A stretch of 53,023 nucleotides of DNA from a virus (IMGVR_UViG_3300025674_000057:1-53023); one strand, 5' to 3'. Numbered from the stretch's first letter, positions 30,947 through 39,049 are shown. Made by a program: numbers and translations. Notes: generated by a model from the sequence alone, not told the origin.

Positions 30947-32812
30947 TTACCTCGTTAACGTTCCGTTTGAATAACTTGATGTGGAGTCAAAATTGATACC
31001 TGATATTTGCTCTCCAGAAGAGATTGTATCCTTCTTCATATTTATGGTGCTTTTTGAGATATCAAATACTAGATACAAGTCCTTGAGTCCAACAACATCA
31101 TTAGATTCTGGGAATGCCTGTATTTCAATGACTTCATCTGGAAGTGACGTTGATGTAATATTAATGGTATTAACAAGTACTTCGCCCTTTACATAATCAA
31201 CAGATCCTATAGATTTTTTAACAATCTGATATTGTCCTGGTGTTGAAGTTGGTTTAACAATAGAAAGAACTCCAATATCACTACCTTCAACAGGAACATC
31301 TGAGAAATATACAGTATCATTTTCTCCAGCAATCTTAAATCCAGTACTCTTGATATTATATCCTACAGGATTCTTATGGAATCGATTACCAAAACAGATT
31401 TCATATTGTGCAAAAGTATTCAGTACAGCATTCAAATTACGTCTAATCTTAACCTTAGTAATGTTTGAGGTAATTGACGTATCAACATTATCAATAACCT
31501 GAACAACCTTACTATATTTGAATCTTCCACCAAACTTATTAAAATCAACAGAATCCGAATATTGTGTTAGAGTGTTAATAACATTTGTTCTTAGATTCTC
31601 AATATTAGAAACTGCTGATGAATTGTAGTAAACTGTGCTATCAATCTCAACATAAAGTAATTTAAGGTCTATAATTTTTTGATTTATTCCTGCTACAGAA
31701 TATTTTTTCAAATCATTTAGAATACTAGTCTTTGTAAAGTCAGAAATTGACGTACCATTTTTTGGTTTAATACTGATCAATACTGTTCCAAATTGAGGTG
31801 GGTCTAACTCTTCTCCACCAACAATTGAAACAGACTCAGTATTGGGGTATACTTGCTGAATAATCGATTCGTAATCCCTCGCTGTGACCGCCCGGTACTG
31901 CGAAGAGTACACTCTTGGGGCAAAGTACTTAACGGAGTCAATTGACTCGATTGAAGCGCCTCCCTTAGACGAATCAACGGTTGTTACAGTTACTGTACTG
32001 GAAGGGTCAATTGTTATTCCATTGGAATCTACAATCGTTCCAGAGAAGGTGAAGACTCTTGGACCATTACCATCTTCACCATCAGTAATGATATAACTTG
32101 CTTTGATAGTAGTTCCATTTTCTACTTTCTTACCGAAGACATCATCACCAAACAACAACTCATATTTCTCATCAGTTACTTCTTGAATTAAGAAGATTTC
32201 AGAGGTTTTATCAATTTCAAATAAGTTATCAACTGCACTATATGTTCTACTTCCAACTTTTACTCTAATAGTGCTAGCATCAATACCAGAATTATCGAGT
32301 ACGAATCTTTGATTGAGTGATGTATCTGCAGTAAACGTTTTATTTAAAAATACACCCTGATAGATGGTTACATTTTCAAAGGACGCAGATCCATTTGTTA
32401 CACTAACTGTGATATCTTCTGGAACTGAAAAGATATATGGACTCGATTGACCATCACCCCCAATGCACACCAGACCCGCTTTAAGGGTGATCTGAGGTGA
32501 TGTGGTGGTAGTTGCTATATTAAATGATATTCTCGCCGTTGCTGCCTTTTTTGAGCGGGGTACATAACCAACATTACGCGCTAATGCTACAACATTTTCA
32601 CGAAGAGTCGCTGAGTCTAAGAAAGACTCATTGACGATCATGTTTGAATTGAAAGCAGTGATATATGTATTATATGCTAACGTATCGATCAGGACAGAAA
32701 AATTTGATCCCTCAAAGTCAAAATCCGTGAATGTAGAGTTTGCACGGAGATAATCCTTGATGGATGTCTTTATTTGATCGAAATCTAGATTAGTAAATTT
32801 TGTAAAAGGCAT
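30947..32812 (-). CDS. gp6: Baseplate wedge subunit (T4 gp6-like)
   Basis: LDFDQIK..IKDYL, FTDFDFEGS, ESFLDSA.LRENVV, SQYRAVTA.DY. Confidence 0.96.
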   Translation of the reverse strand: MPFTKFTNLDFDQIKTSIKDYLRANSTFTDFDFEGSNFSVLIDTLAYNTYITAFNSNMIVNESFLDSATLRENVVALARNVGYVPRSKKAATARISFNIATTTTSPQITLKAGLVCIGGDGQSSPYIFSVPEDITVSVTNGSASFENVTIYQGVFLNKTFTADTSLNQRFVLDNSGIDASTIRVKVGSRTYSAVDNLFEIDKTSEIFLIQEVTDEKYELLFGDDVFGKKVENGTTIKASYIITDGEDGNGPRVFTFSGTIVDSNGITIDPSSTVTVTTVDSSKGGASIESIDSVKYFAPRVYSSQYRAVTARDYESIIQQVYPNTESVSIVGGEELDPPQFGTVLISIKPKNGTSISDFTKTSILNDLKKYSVAGINQKIIDLKLLYVEIDSTVYYNSSAVSNIENLRTNVINTLTQYSDSVDFNKFGGRFKYSKVVQVIDNVDTSITSNITKVKIRRNLNAVLNTFAQYEICFGNRFHKNPVGYNIKSTGFKIAGENDTVYFSDVPVEGSDIGVLSIVKPTSTPGQYQIVKKSIGSVDYVKGEVLVNTINITSTSLPDEVIEIQAFPESNDVVGLKDLYLVFDISKSTINMKKDTISSGEQISGINFDSTSSYSNGTLTR

Positions 32813-32813
32813 G

Positions 32814-33215
32814 TTATCTTCTGGTTGCCTCTAAAATGTAGTTAAATTCTTGCTGAGGGAAGTCTTGTCCTATAATATCAAAGTAAACTGTAATATCAAA
32901 AGCGTTTTCATCGTATCTTGGACTGACTTCAACACGAACATTATCAGCTCTAGGTTCGTAATTTACAACGGAGTTATAAATTTGAGTCTCAACAGTGGTC
33001 GCAGTACCGTAATCTACAAAATCAAACAAACTAGTTGTTAAATTTGACCCAATTGTGTTATTAAAAAACCTTTCGCCAGGTAATGTTTGAACAATATTAC
33101 GAATTGAACGTTTAATCGCATCTTCATTCTTAAGCACAAGGATATCTCGTGTCACAGGATGCATATCAAAGGACAAACTAATGTCCTTAAACTGTCGAGA
33201 TATCCTTTGTACCAC
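32814..33215 (-). CDS. gp25: Baseplate wedge subunit (T4 gp25-like)
   Basis: FKDISLSF..HP, AIKRSIRN...T.PGERFF, NYEPR. Confidence 0.95.
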   Translation of the reverse strand: MVQRISRQFKDISLSFDMHPVTRDILVLKNEDAIKRSIRNIVQTLPGERFFNNTIGSNLTTSLFDFVDYGTATTVETQIYNSVVNYEPRADNVRVEVSPRYDENAFDITVYFDIIGQDFPQQEFNYILEATRR

Positions 33216-33238
33216 TGAAATGTCTCAAGTCTTCTTTT

Positions 33239-33246
33239 TATTTATG
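33239..33246 (-). promoter_or_regulatory. Late promoter variant CATAAATA
   Basis: 7/8 match to consensus, 23 bp upstream of gp25. Confidence 0.7.
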
Positions 33247-33496
33247 CCCCAGTTACCCCATAATTTGGTTCTGTACCATATTCCCAGTCATCATAATCAT
33301 CATCATTTCTGATTTTTTGGTGTAATTCCGATTGTTCTTTTAAATGATGTCTTTTTGGTGAAATATCATCGTGCATAATCTCCTGAATCACCTTTTTTTG
33401 TGGATCTGGATAATTATAATCAGTTACAAGGTGTGTTGTACCCCACATTTGGTACATGTAATCGACATTTCTGTCTGGATTTGGTGAATTCGCCAT
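33242..33496 (-). CDS. Hypothetical protein
   Basis: 84 aa, YM..MWGT..LVTDY motif, co-oriented with the baseplate genes. Confidence 0.75.
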   Translation of the reverse strand: MANSPNPDRNVDYMYQMWGTTHLVTDYNYPDPQKKVIQEIMHDDISPKRHHLKEQSELHQKIRNDDDYDDWEYGTEPNYGVTGA

Positions 33497-33553
33497 TTTT
33501 TTCGTTCTAAACTATAAAATTAGAACTTTTTTCGGGGTTTCTATCCCGCAAAA

Positions 33554-34210
33554 TTATTTATTTTCACGTTCTTCGGTGGTTTCCCAGAAATATTCGTCGG
33601 TATCACCCAGTCTTCCCCAGTCAACACCGTTCTCAACCTGATAATATTCTGTAGAAACCTTAAAATCAGGTGTTTTTGGTTTATCTGGAGTCAAACTTAT
33701 ATCATAAACACGACATCTATTGTTCGGATAGAGTGCAAATTGTCCATTGACTAGTTCAATGAGGTTAAATGACTTATGTTCTTGAGGAATTTCTGCCGTA
33801 CTATAGTCAATAATGTCTGCACTGTTATGATAATTGTCTAAAGTACAGATATAATACCCTCTCATTGATCCAAAATGACGTGTACGAACCTCCCAGTCCA
33901 TTGATGCGACAAATTGCTTCGTAATTGTCGTCACACCATAGTCCATACAGTTCCAAAACTGTAAGTTTTCAAGGTCCATATCAGTCTCAGGTGTCTCTGG
34001 ACGAGACAAAAAGGCACTAATCGGTAATTTATCATAAAGAGCACCATATTCTGGTAAATATGTCTCAAAATAAAAAGCGCGTCCAGGCATCGACTTAGCC
34101 GATACCCAAACGCCCTCAACAAATTCACCATGACCATCTTTTAAATCGCGTAGGTATTCTTTACGAACCCATACTCTTTGTGCTGGTAGATTAGTGATTA
34201 AACAACTCAT
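33554..34210 (-). CDS. Conserved hypothetical phage protein
   Basis: 218 aa; WVRKEYL, GA.YDKLPISAF, LQFWNC, EHKS, GQFALYPNNR motifs; function unknown. Confidence 0.85.
   Translation of the reverse strand: MSCLITNLPAQRVWVRKEYLRDLKDGHGEFVEGVWVSAKSMPGRAFYFETYLPEYGALYDKLPISAFLSRPETPETDMDLENLQFWNCMDYGVTTITKQFVASMDWEVRTRHFGSMRGYYICTLDNYHNSADIIDYSTAEIPQEHKSFNLIELVNGQFALYPNNRCRVYDISLTPDKPKTPDFKVSTEYYQVENGVDWGRLGDTDEYFWETTEERENK
33555..33562 (-). promoter_or_regulatory. Late promoter variant AATAAATA
   Basis: 7/8 match, overlaps the stop of the upstream ORF, followed by a GC hairpin. Confidence 0.6.
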
Positions 34211-34359
34211 CCTTTTCCTTGACCCCTATACTTCTTACGTGCTTTATTGCGAGAAGACGCGGCGTACTTCGTTCCTCCCCCATCGCCTTGACGAGATTTC
34301 TTAGGAGGTCCCGGAATATAAGAAGTCTTATTCAGTCCACCTTTTGCGCGTACAGCCAT
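34207..34359 (-). CDS. 50-aa highly basic peptide
   Basis: Hand-read: MAVRAKGGLNKTSYIPGPPKKSRQGDGGGTKYAASSRNKARKKYRGQGKG; GGAG upstream; ATGA overlap with the next gene. Confidence 0.8.
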   Translation of the reverse strand: MAVRAKGGLNKTSYIPGPPKKSRQGDGGGTKYAASSRNKARKKYRGQGKG

Positions 34360-34361
34360 AA

Positions 34362-34529
34362 TTAATTCTCCAAAATTTCGTGTGTGATTTCATGTGGTTC
34401 GGGAGAACCCGTCTCATAAAATTGTTGAGCCAGGTCCTCCATTGCATCGAAAAATTCTTCCTCAGAAAGATCTGTGAAGATTTTCTCTCCTTGCTTTAAT
34501 ATATTAAATCGTGAGGGTTTGTTTTCCAT
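34362..34529 (-). CDS. 55-aa acidic hypothetical protein
   Basis: Hand-read: MENKPSRFNILKQGEKIFTDLSEEEFFDAMEDLAQQFYETGSP...; TGATG coupling with the upstream gene. Confidence 0.75.
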   Translation of the reverse strand: MENKPSRFNILKQGEKIFTDLSEEEFFDAMEDLAQQFYETGSPEPHEITHEILEN

Positions 34530-35287
34530 CAAATGATTCTTGTCTTCTCGTGACCAACTCTAATACGAGGATCACACCAAATTTCAAATCCTGCTTCCTT
34601 TGCATCCAAACAGAAACTCACATCCTCTCCGCACATATCTTGAACCTCTCCAGATTCAAATACTTGCATCTTCGGAGCAAACCAAGGATACTTCATCTCC
34701 GAATGCTCAAAGACTCCGTTCTTGATTAGCAACCATCCAAATCCAGTGTAATCGACTGTGAATGGCTTTCTACGCTTGGAAATTGATTCCAATGTTTCAT
34801 GATTCATCACTCCACCATTGTTACGGAAATCATCTTCCTCTAACCAGTGTGCAACAGATGTCGTGTGACCGTCCTCAGTGCAATACCACCCAGCAGCAAT
34901 GTCTTGTTCCATGAGAACCAACTGCCAGAAGTTGTTGCTATTGAATACAATATCACTATCGATCCACAGTTGCCAATCATAATTCAACTTGCCGTCCCAG
35001 GGAATTTGGTCTGGTCCACGCAGTACGTTTGCACCAAGACACTTGCAACGGGCAAAGTTCACCATTGAACTGTAGTCTTGGGAAATCTGAATACTTGCCC
35101 CTGCCTGAACTAAGTCAAAACAAAGTTGTACAAAGTTCTTCAAGTAAGTATAAGAAACTCCTCTTCCAGGAAGACAAAAGACAATCGATTTTCCACGAAC
35201 CAATTCTTTTGCTTTTTCATAGTCCCACTCTGGTTCTTTTGTTGAACTCACGGGCGCTTTTGCTTTTACAGTAAATCCTTTAGCCAT
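34529..35287 (-). CDS. GT-A fold glycosyltransferase-like protein
   Basis: SSMVNFAR, WQLWIDSDIVF (DxD), VDYTGFG.LLIK.GVFE, GEDVSFC, RVGH. Confidence 0.8.
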   Translation of the reverse strand: MAKGFTVKAKAPVSSTKEPEWDYEKAKELVRGKSIVFCLPGRGVSYTYLKNFVQLCFDLVQAGASIQISQDYSSMVNFARCKCLGANVLRGPDQIPWDGKLNYDWQLWIDSDIVFNSNNFWQLVLMEQDIAAGWYCTEDGHTTSVAHWLEEDDFRNNGGVMNHETLESISKRRKPFTVDYTGFGWLLIKNGVFEHSEMKYPWFAPKMQVFESGEVQDMCGEDVSFCLDAKEAGFEIWCDPRIRVGHEKTRII

Positions 35288-35326
35288 AAGAAAGTGTAAT
35301 TACGTCAGGTTGTACGTACAACGAAT

Positions 35327-35355
35327 ATCATACAATATTATCTATACAATGTCAA
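35327..35355 (-). promoter_or_regulatory. Sigma70-type promoter TTGACA-17-TATGAT with an embedded late-like TATAGATA
   Basis: -35 at 35350-35355, -10 at 35327-35332, TATAGATA at 35339-35346. Confidence 0.75.
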
Positions 35356-35528
35356 TCTACTTCCCTTTCAGACATGATAATCTCACTACCCTCTAGGGAA
35401 ATATTGATCTCTGTATCTTCATACCAGGACAGATCATTCGCCATCCATTCAGGTATTATAACATAATATTCGCCAGTTACTGGATCGACCTGTAGAGGTT
35501 GAAAATTTTCTCCGGAATTTTTTCTCAT
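35352..35528 (-). CDS. 58-aa AbrB/MazE-like (swapped hairpin) protein
   Basis: Hand-read: ...VDPVTGEYYVIIPEWMANDLSWYEDTEINISLEGSEIIMSE; the V.IP......L.W......+.+....+++ pattern is typical of AbrB. Confidence 0.6.
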   Translation of the reverse strand: MRKNSGENFQPLQVDPVTGEYYVIIPEWMANDLSWYEDTEINISLEGSEIIMSEREVD

Positions 35529-35644
35529 CGCCGTTAAACAAGTTTGGGTTTTTGTTTTTATATAGCAAAAACTAAATATCTCCCTTGTGTAACACTTTGT
35601 AGACTACAGGGACCCATGGGTTTTATATACGGGGGGCTTATACG

Positions 35645-35669
35645 CGCCGCGACCCCCGAAGGGGCGGCG
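35645..35669. other. GC-rich stem-loop at the island boundary
   Basis: CGCCG-cga-CCCC-CGAA-GGGG-CGGCG; no U-tract on either strand. Confidence 0.55.
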
Positions 35670-35703
35670 ACCCTATAACTGCTGAGTCACGAACGGATGC
35701 CCA

Positions 35704-35898
35704 TCACGAATAGGTGTGACCGCTAACGGGACAGGGAGCGACCTCATCAGACCAGACCTCAGAGAACTGACCAGCGATAGCGAATGCACTGATGCCCAAC
35801 TGAGGTTGCAGACGCGACCCCATAGGGGAGTCGTCGTTGTTGCGACCCGTCCAAACGATGCGGCGGGTCTGGAGGTCGGAGGACATGGAGAGGATCAT
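35704..35898 (-). CDS. Hypothetical protein, last ORF of the island
   Basis: 64 aa; TACAAT -10 at 35923-35928 upstream. Confidence 0.55.
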   Translation of the reverse strand: MILSMSSDLQTRRIVWTGRNNDDSPMGSRLQPQLGISAFAIAGQFSEVWSDEVAPCPVSGHTYS

Positions 35899-35933
35899 GG
35901 AGGTCCCGTTGTGGTTGAGAGTATTGTAGCAGA

Positions 35934-36683
35934 TCAGAGGGGGATGACGCGAACGTCGTCGGCACCCGCCACCAACTGATCCACACGGTCCTGCTGCAAC
36001 TTCAGAACGACCGACGAATTGCGGTTCGCTTTGGACAAACCCAGGAAAGCACGAATCCCGTTGTTGCTGGTGACGCGGAGGCGGAGACCGACCTCAACGA
36101 TGTGGTGATCTTTGACCAGCACGACCTTACGGGAAGTCATGCCGCGACCCTTCTCAACGCGGGCACCGTATCCGTCTTCTAGGAGACGGGCAGCGCGGAT
36201 CGCTTCGTGTTCGATCACGTAGCAGCGTTGGGCGTCGGTGTCGGTGATCGCCATCACCATGCCGTCGTTTTCTGCGATCAGTTCGGAGCGCAACCAAGCG
36301 GTGAGGGTCACGGGGTCGATCGAATCAAGAGCAGCAGAGCAGATCTCATTAAAGAGGTCGCGGCACTCATTCACAATCGCGTCGCGCTTAGCGGTCTCCC
36401 ACTGACGGGCGTCGCTGACGAACTTGAGAAAGGGATTGAACTGAGAGGCGTCGATCAGGGTGTCGGTCTTTGAGGTGTTAACCCAATCGAAAGATCCGTT
36501 CTTCAGTCCTGCCTTGTGCTTGATGCTGATTCGCTTAGCGCCTGCCGTGGCGTCTGCCTTGTTATGGGTGCCGCCCTTATGGGTCACGATGTCGGGAAAG
36601 ACGCGGTGATCGTTGAGCAGTTGAATGGTCGCCAGTTCGTTGGCGATGCCTTCGTGATGGGTGCTGCCGTTGGTTTTGAACAT
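35934..36683 (-). CDS. Putative PD-(D/E)xK restriction-like endonuclease
   Basis: N-terminal helix Glu (GIANE), then GG..NKAD..AG...ISIK (D...S-x-K variant active site); 249 aa; high GC. Confidence 0.5.
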   Translation of the reverse strand: MFKTNGSTHHEGIANELATIQLLNDHRVFPDIVTHKGGTHNKADATAGAKRISIKHKAGLKNGSFDWVNTSKTDTLIDASQFNPFLKFVSDARQWETAKRDAIVNECRDLFNEICSAALDSIDPVTLTAWLRSELIAENDGMVMAITDTDAQRCYVIEHEAIRAARLLEDGYGARVEKGRGMTSRKVVLVKDHHIVEVGLRLRVTSNNGIRAFLGLSKANRNSSVVLKLQQDRVDQLVAGADDVRVIPL

Positions 36684-36767
36684 GTTAGAAGCGGGTGGAG
36701 TGCCACCCGACGAATTGAACAGTGTAGGAGGGGGAGTCTTTAAGGCGCTGCCGTTCCCTTCCTGTGT

Positions 36768-36796
36768 ATCTTACCAGATCACGGGGTTTCCGTCAA
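36768..36796 (-). promoter_or_regulatory. Sigma70-type promoter TTGACG-17-TAAGAT
   Basis: -35 at 36791-36796, -10 at 36768-36773, upstream of the nuclease-like ORF. Confidence 0.7.
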
Positions 36797-36908
36797 AGTC
36801 AGTCACGGTGCCCTGTTCGGTGTCCTCTGCGATCGACTCCAGAATTTCCAGGAGTTGGGCACCGTCAGCGGCACGGTTGAGCAGGGAGGTAGCAAGGTCG
36901 CGGGTCAT
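36771..36908 (-). CDS. 45-aa hypothetical protein
   Basis: Hand-read: MTRDLATSLLNRAADGAQLLEILESIAEDTEQGTVTDFDGNPVIW; the stop lies in the next promoter's -10. Confidence 0.65.
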   Translation of the reverse strand: MTRDLATSLLNRAADGAQLLEILESIAEDTEQGTVTDFDGNPVIW

Positions 36909-36965
36909 GGTAGGATGTTGGTTTGGTTTGGCGGCAGTCTTTAAGGCGCTGCCGTTCCTATGGGA

Positions 36966-37247
36966 TCAGAGATCCCAGAGCATGTCGTTCATTTCCTGGG
37001 CGTCGATCGCGGGGTCATCCCAGCGAACGCCGTCGCCAGTCTTAACCAGGTGGCGACCGATCTGCCCGTCAGTCATGCAGCGAACGAACTTCTCCCAGGG
37101 GGTCTCAATGCCTGCCTCCCTGTAGGTCACACATGCCTTAGCGGTGTTGTAGAGGAACTCATCGTTGCCGATCCAGAGGGCGGCATTCCAGGTTTCGTAG
37201 TTTGCCCAACCGTTGTAGGTGGGGAGGGTGGCGGTTGCGTTGGTCAT
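36966..37247 (-). CDS. Conserved phage hypothetical protein
   Basis: YNGWANYETWNAALWIGNDE motif; start reassigned to the ATG downstream of the -10 at 37270. Confidence 0.8.
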   Translation of the reverse strand: MTNATATLPTYNGWANYETWNAALWIGNDEFLYNTAKACVTYREAGIETPWEKFVRCMTDGQIGRHLVKTGDGVRWDDPAIDAQEMNDMLWDL

Positions 37248-37269
37248 GCTTGTCTGTGTTGTTGAGACT

Positions 37270-37329
37270 ATTATAGGCACAGGGTGTGGCGGAATCAGGC
37301 AAGCAGTGTACGGTTTGCCCACTGTCCCA
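37270..37329 (-). promoter_or_regulatory. Early promoter unit 1 (-10 TATAAT plus 9-6-9 palindrome)
   Basis: GTGTACGGT-ttgccc-ACTGTCCCA at 37306-37329, 30 bp from the -10. Confidence 0.75.
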
Positions 37330-37519
37330 CACTGCCCTTACGGTTGATCAGCAGTCGCAGCATGTCACGACGGCGGCAGTTGTGGGCACTGACTGAACCA
37401 TTGTGCCATTTCACGATGGCACGACGGGTCAGGGGTGATAGGATGACATTCTGGCAGGCAGTGCTAGGACGCTGCACGTTCATGAACACGGGCAGGTGAT
37501 CTAGGGCGAAGTCCAGCAT
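37295..37519 (-). CDS. Basic hypothetical protein
   Basis: Has its own promoter unit; ends SVGQWAN, reading through the next palindrome. Confidence 0.7.
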   Translation of the reverse strand: MLDFALDHLPVFMNVQRPSTACQNVILSPLTRRAIVKWHNGSVSAHNCRRRDMLRLLINRKGSVGQWANRTLLA

Positions 37520-37541
37520 GGTTGTCGTTTGAACTGAGGTC

Positions 37542-37601
37542 ATTATAAGGGGTCAGGGGTGCCCTTTGGGGCGGATGGTGGACGGTTCAGCAACCGAACA
37601 C
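37542..37601 (-). promoter_or_regulatory. Early promoter unit 2
   Basis: TATAAT 37542-37547; GTGGACGGT-tcagca-ACCGAACAC 37578-37601. Confidence 0.75.
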
Positions 37602-37811
37602 CAGGTCAGCGATCTGATCAACCTGGGACACCTTTCCGCCTGCTCGCATCCACTTGTAAGCAGGACCGCTGGTAGGGACGCGCCAGATCATGCACTCCTC
37701 ACCCATCCCATGGAATTCAGCGATCCGCTGGGCATGGTTGACGGAGGTTGCCCACCAGCAAGCGTGCTGATCGAACTTGGACCAGTAGGCGGGTTGAACG
37801 GCGAAGGTCAT
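37587..37811 (-). CDS. Hypothetical protein
   Basis: 74 aa with its own promoter; stop lies in the palindrome spacer. Confidence 0.7.
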   Translation of the reverse strand: MTFAVQPAYWSKFDQHACWWATSVNHAQRIAEFHGMGEECMIWRVPTSGPAYKWMRAGGKVSQVDQIADLVFGC

Positions 37812-37834
37812 CTTGGTTCGTTTGGTATGAAACC

Positions 37835-37894
37835 ATTATAGGGGGCAGATCCGCCGCAATCGGGGAATGGGTGGACAGTACGCTCATCGTCACG
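37835..37894 (-). promoter_or_regulatory. Early promoter unit 3
   Basis: TATAAT 37835-37840; GTGGACAGT-acgctc-ATCGTCACG 37871-37894. Confidence 0.75.
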
Positions 37895-37924
37895 CGGGCA
37901 GCCGAAAGTTAGTTATACAAACTC

Positions 37925-38836
37925 TCAGGGAGTTTGTGCAAACTTAGCGTTGTTGAAGTTAGCATGACTGAAACGCTCACGATTCACCAGTTTCATTGTA
38001 CCGAACTCATTGGAGTAGACATAACCTTCGGCGTCAATTCGATCAGATCCAATGTAAGCAGCAGGACCATCATTGCGGCAAAGGAAGAGTGCATCATCTT
38101 TGATAGATTTGATCAGTTTCCAGTAAGCAATCAGAGTGTAATCACAATCAAATGCATTATCATCAATCGGCGTACCTTCGCGGATGCACTTATTCAATGC
38201 CTTCTTAATCTCTGCTGCTTTCTTATCATCGACAAACTGAACACATTGCGCCATTTGCTTAGCGAACTTGATCACATCATCAAGGTCATGAAAACGGCGC
38301 AGTCCGTCATCATAATACCCAGAGAAGATCCGTGCCTTGGGTTTCACAAACTTACAGTTATGTCCATCCTCTAAGTTAACAGTCAGAGGGATTGCCCAAC
38401 TATCACGAAGGTCATCATTTGCCTCATAACGGGTATGTGGAGCAATGATGATTTCCTCATGAATTACTTCACTGAACTGATAGGTGATTGTGTTCGGAGT
38501 GTATTCTGACTGTCCACCGAATCCGATGAAGTCACCTTGGAAAATGCCATCTGTATGAGGCAACCAATCAAAACAAGCGTGAAGAATCTTTGCAACTTCG
38601 CCTGCATGGTTAGCATCAATGTCCGCATGAGATTCGTTGATCTTAATCTTTACTTTGTTGAAGACACTTTTGGTGCCCACGAAGAAATTACCCGTAGCAG
38701 GATTGCGTCCCCAAACTACAGCGGGAGCACCGTCGATCTTAACGGACAGGGCACCTGCTGCCTCAAACCAGTCCAGGGCGTTCAGGTCGCCCGTGAGGAT
38801 GGTGTCTTCGGGGTGTTCGATGTGTTTGTTTTGCAT
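37925..38836 (-). CDS. DUF6267-like protein with ligase/capping-enzyme-type nucleotidyltransferase motifs
   Basis: HIEHPED; SVKIDG (KxDG motif I); IFQGDFI (III); EGYV (IV); MKLV.R (V). Start reassigned to ATG 38836. Confidence 0.7.
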   Translation of the reverse strand: MQNKHIEHPEDTILTGDLNALDWFEAAGALSVKIDGAPAVVWGRNPATGNFFVGTKSVFNKVKIKINESHADIDANHAGEVAKILHACFDWLPHTDGIFQGDFIGFGGQSEYTPNTITYQFSEVIHEEIIIAPHTRYEANDDLRDSWAIPLTVNLEDGHNCKFVKPKARIFSGYYDDGLRRFHDLDDVIKFAKQMAQCVQFVDDKKAAEIKKALNKCIREGTPIDDNAFDCDYTLIAYWKLIKSIKDDALFLCRNDGPAAYIGSDRIDAEGYVYSNEFGTMKLVNRERFSHANFNNAKFAQTP

Positions 38837-38842
38837 GAGAGT

Positions 38843-38936
38843 ACAATACACGGTTTTGGGGTCTTGTGCGGGTTTAGTGGACAGTTCCCTAAAGTGTCCA
38901 CAGTCGGCTGCCTGCGGCATCCCCTGGCTCTACAAT
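38843..38936. promoter_or_regulatory. Early promoter unit 4, apparently bidirectional
   Basis: Minus-strand -10 TATTGT 38843-38848; GTGGACAGT-tccctaa-AGTGTCCAC 38877-38901; plus-strand TACAAT 38931-38936. Confidence 0.65.
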
Positions 38937-39022
38937 AGGTTCACAACCGAAGGAGGGGCAGGGTCGCCCTGATGACGAAAAAAATCGACACTCAGGCAGC
39001 TCAATTTTAAATTAACTTAATT

Positions 39023-39049
39023 AAAAAAAAGGGGAGATTAAATCCCCCC
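39023..39049 (-). terminator. Rho-independent terminator
   Basis: GGGGGGATTTAATCTCCCC followed by T8 on the minus strand, just after the 39057 stop. Confidence 0.85.

Larger units (their letters stand above)
36735..36958 (-). repeat. Two exact 23-bp copies of AGTCTTTAAGGCGCTGCCGTTCC (36735-36757, 36936-36958)
   Basis: Direct repeat; each copy lies in the 5' leader of a minus-strand ORF. Confidence 0.9.

Noticed and set aside
355-33041. Plus-strand ORFs of 60-175 aa in the structural region
   Set aside because: They are antisense shadows of long Gly/Thr/Ser-rich minus-strand genes, with no recognisable motifs or expression signals.
35958-35984. Additional copy of the 9-6-9 palindrome upstream of the -10 at 35923
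   Set aside because: Only the right arm (ACTGATCCAC) resembles the consensus, so it was not counted.
38955-38995. Hammerhead ribozyme (CTGATGA-C-GAAA)
   Set aside because: No stem II between the core boxes, no room for stem I after GTC, and no stem III partner.
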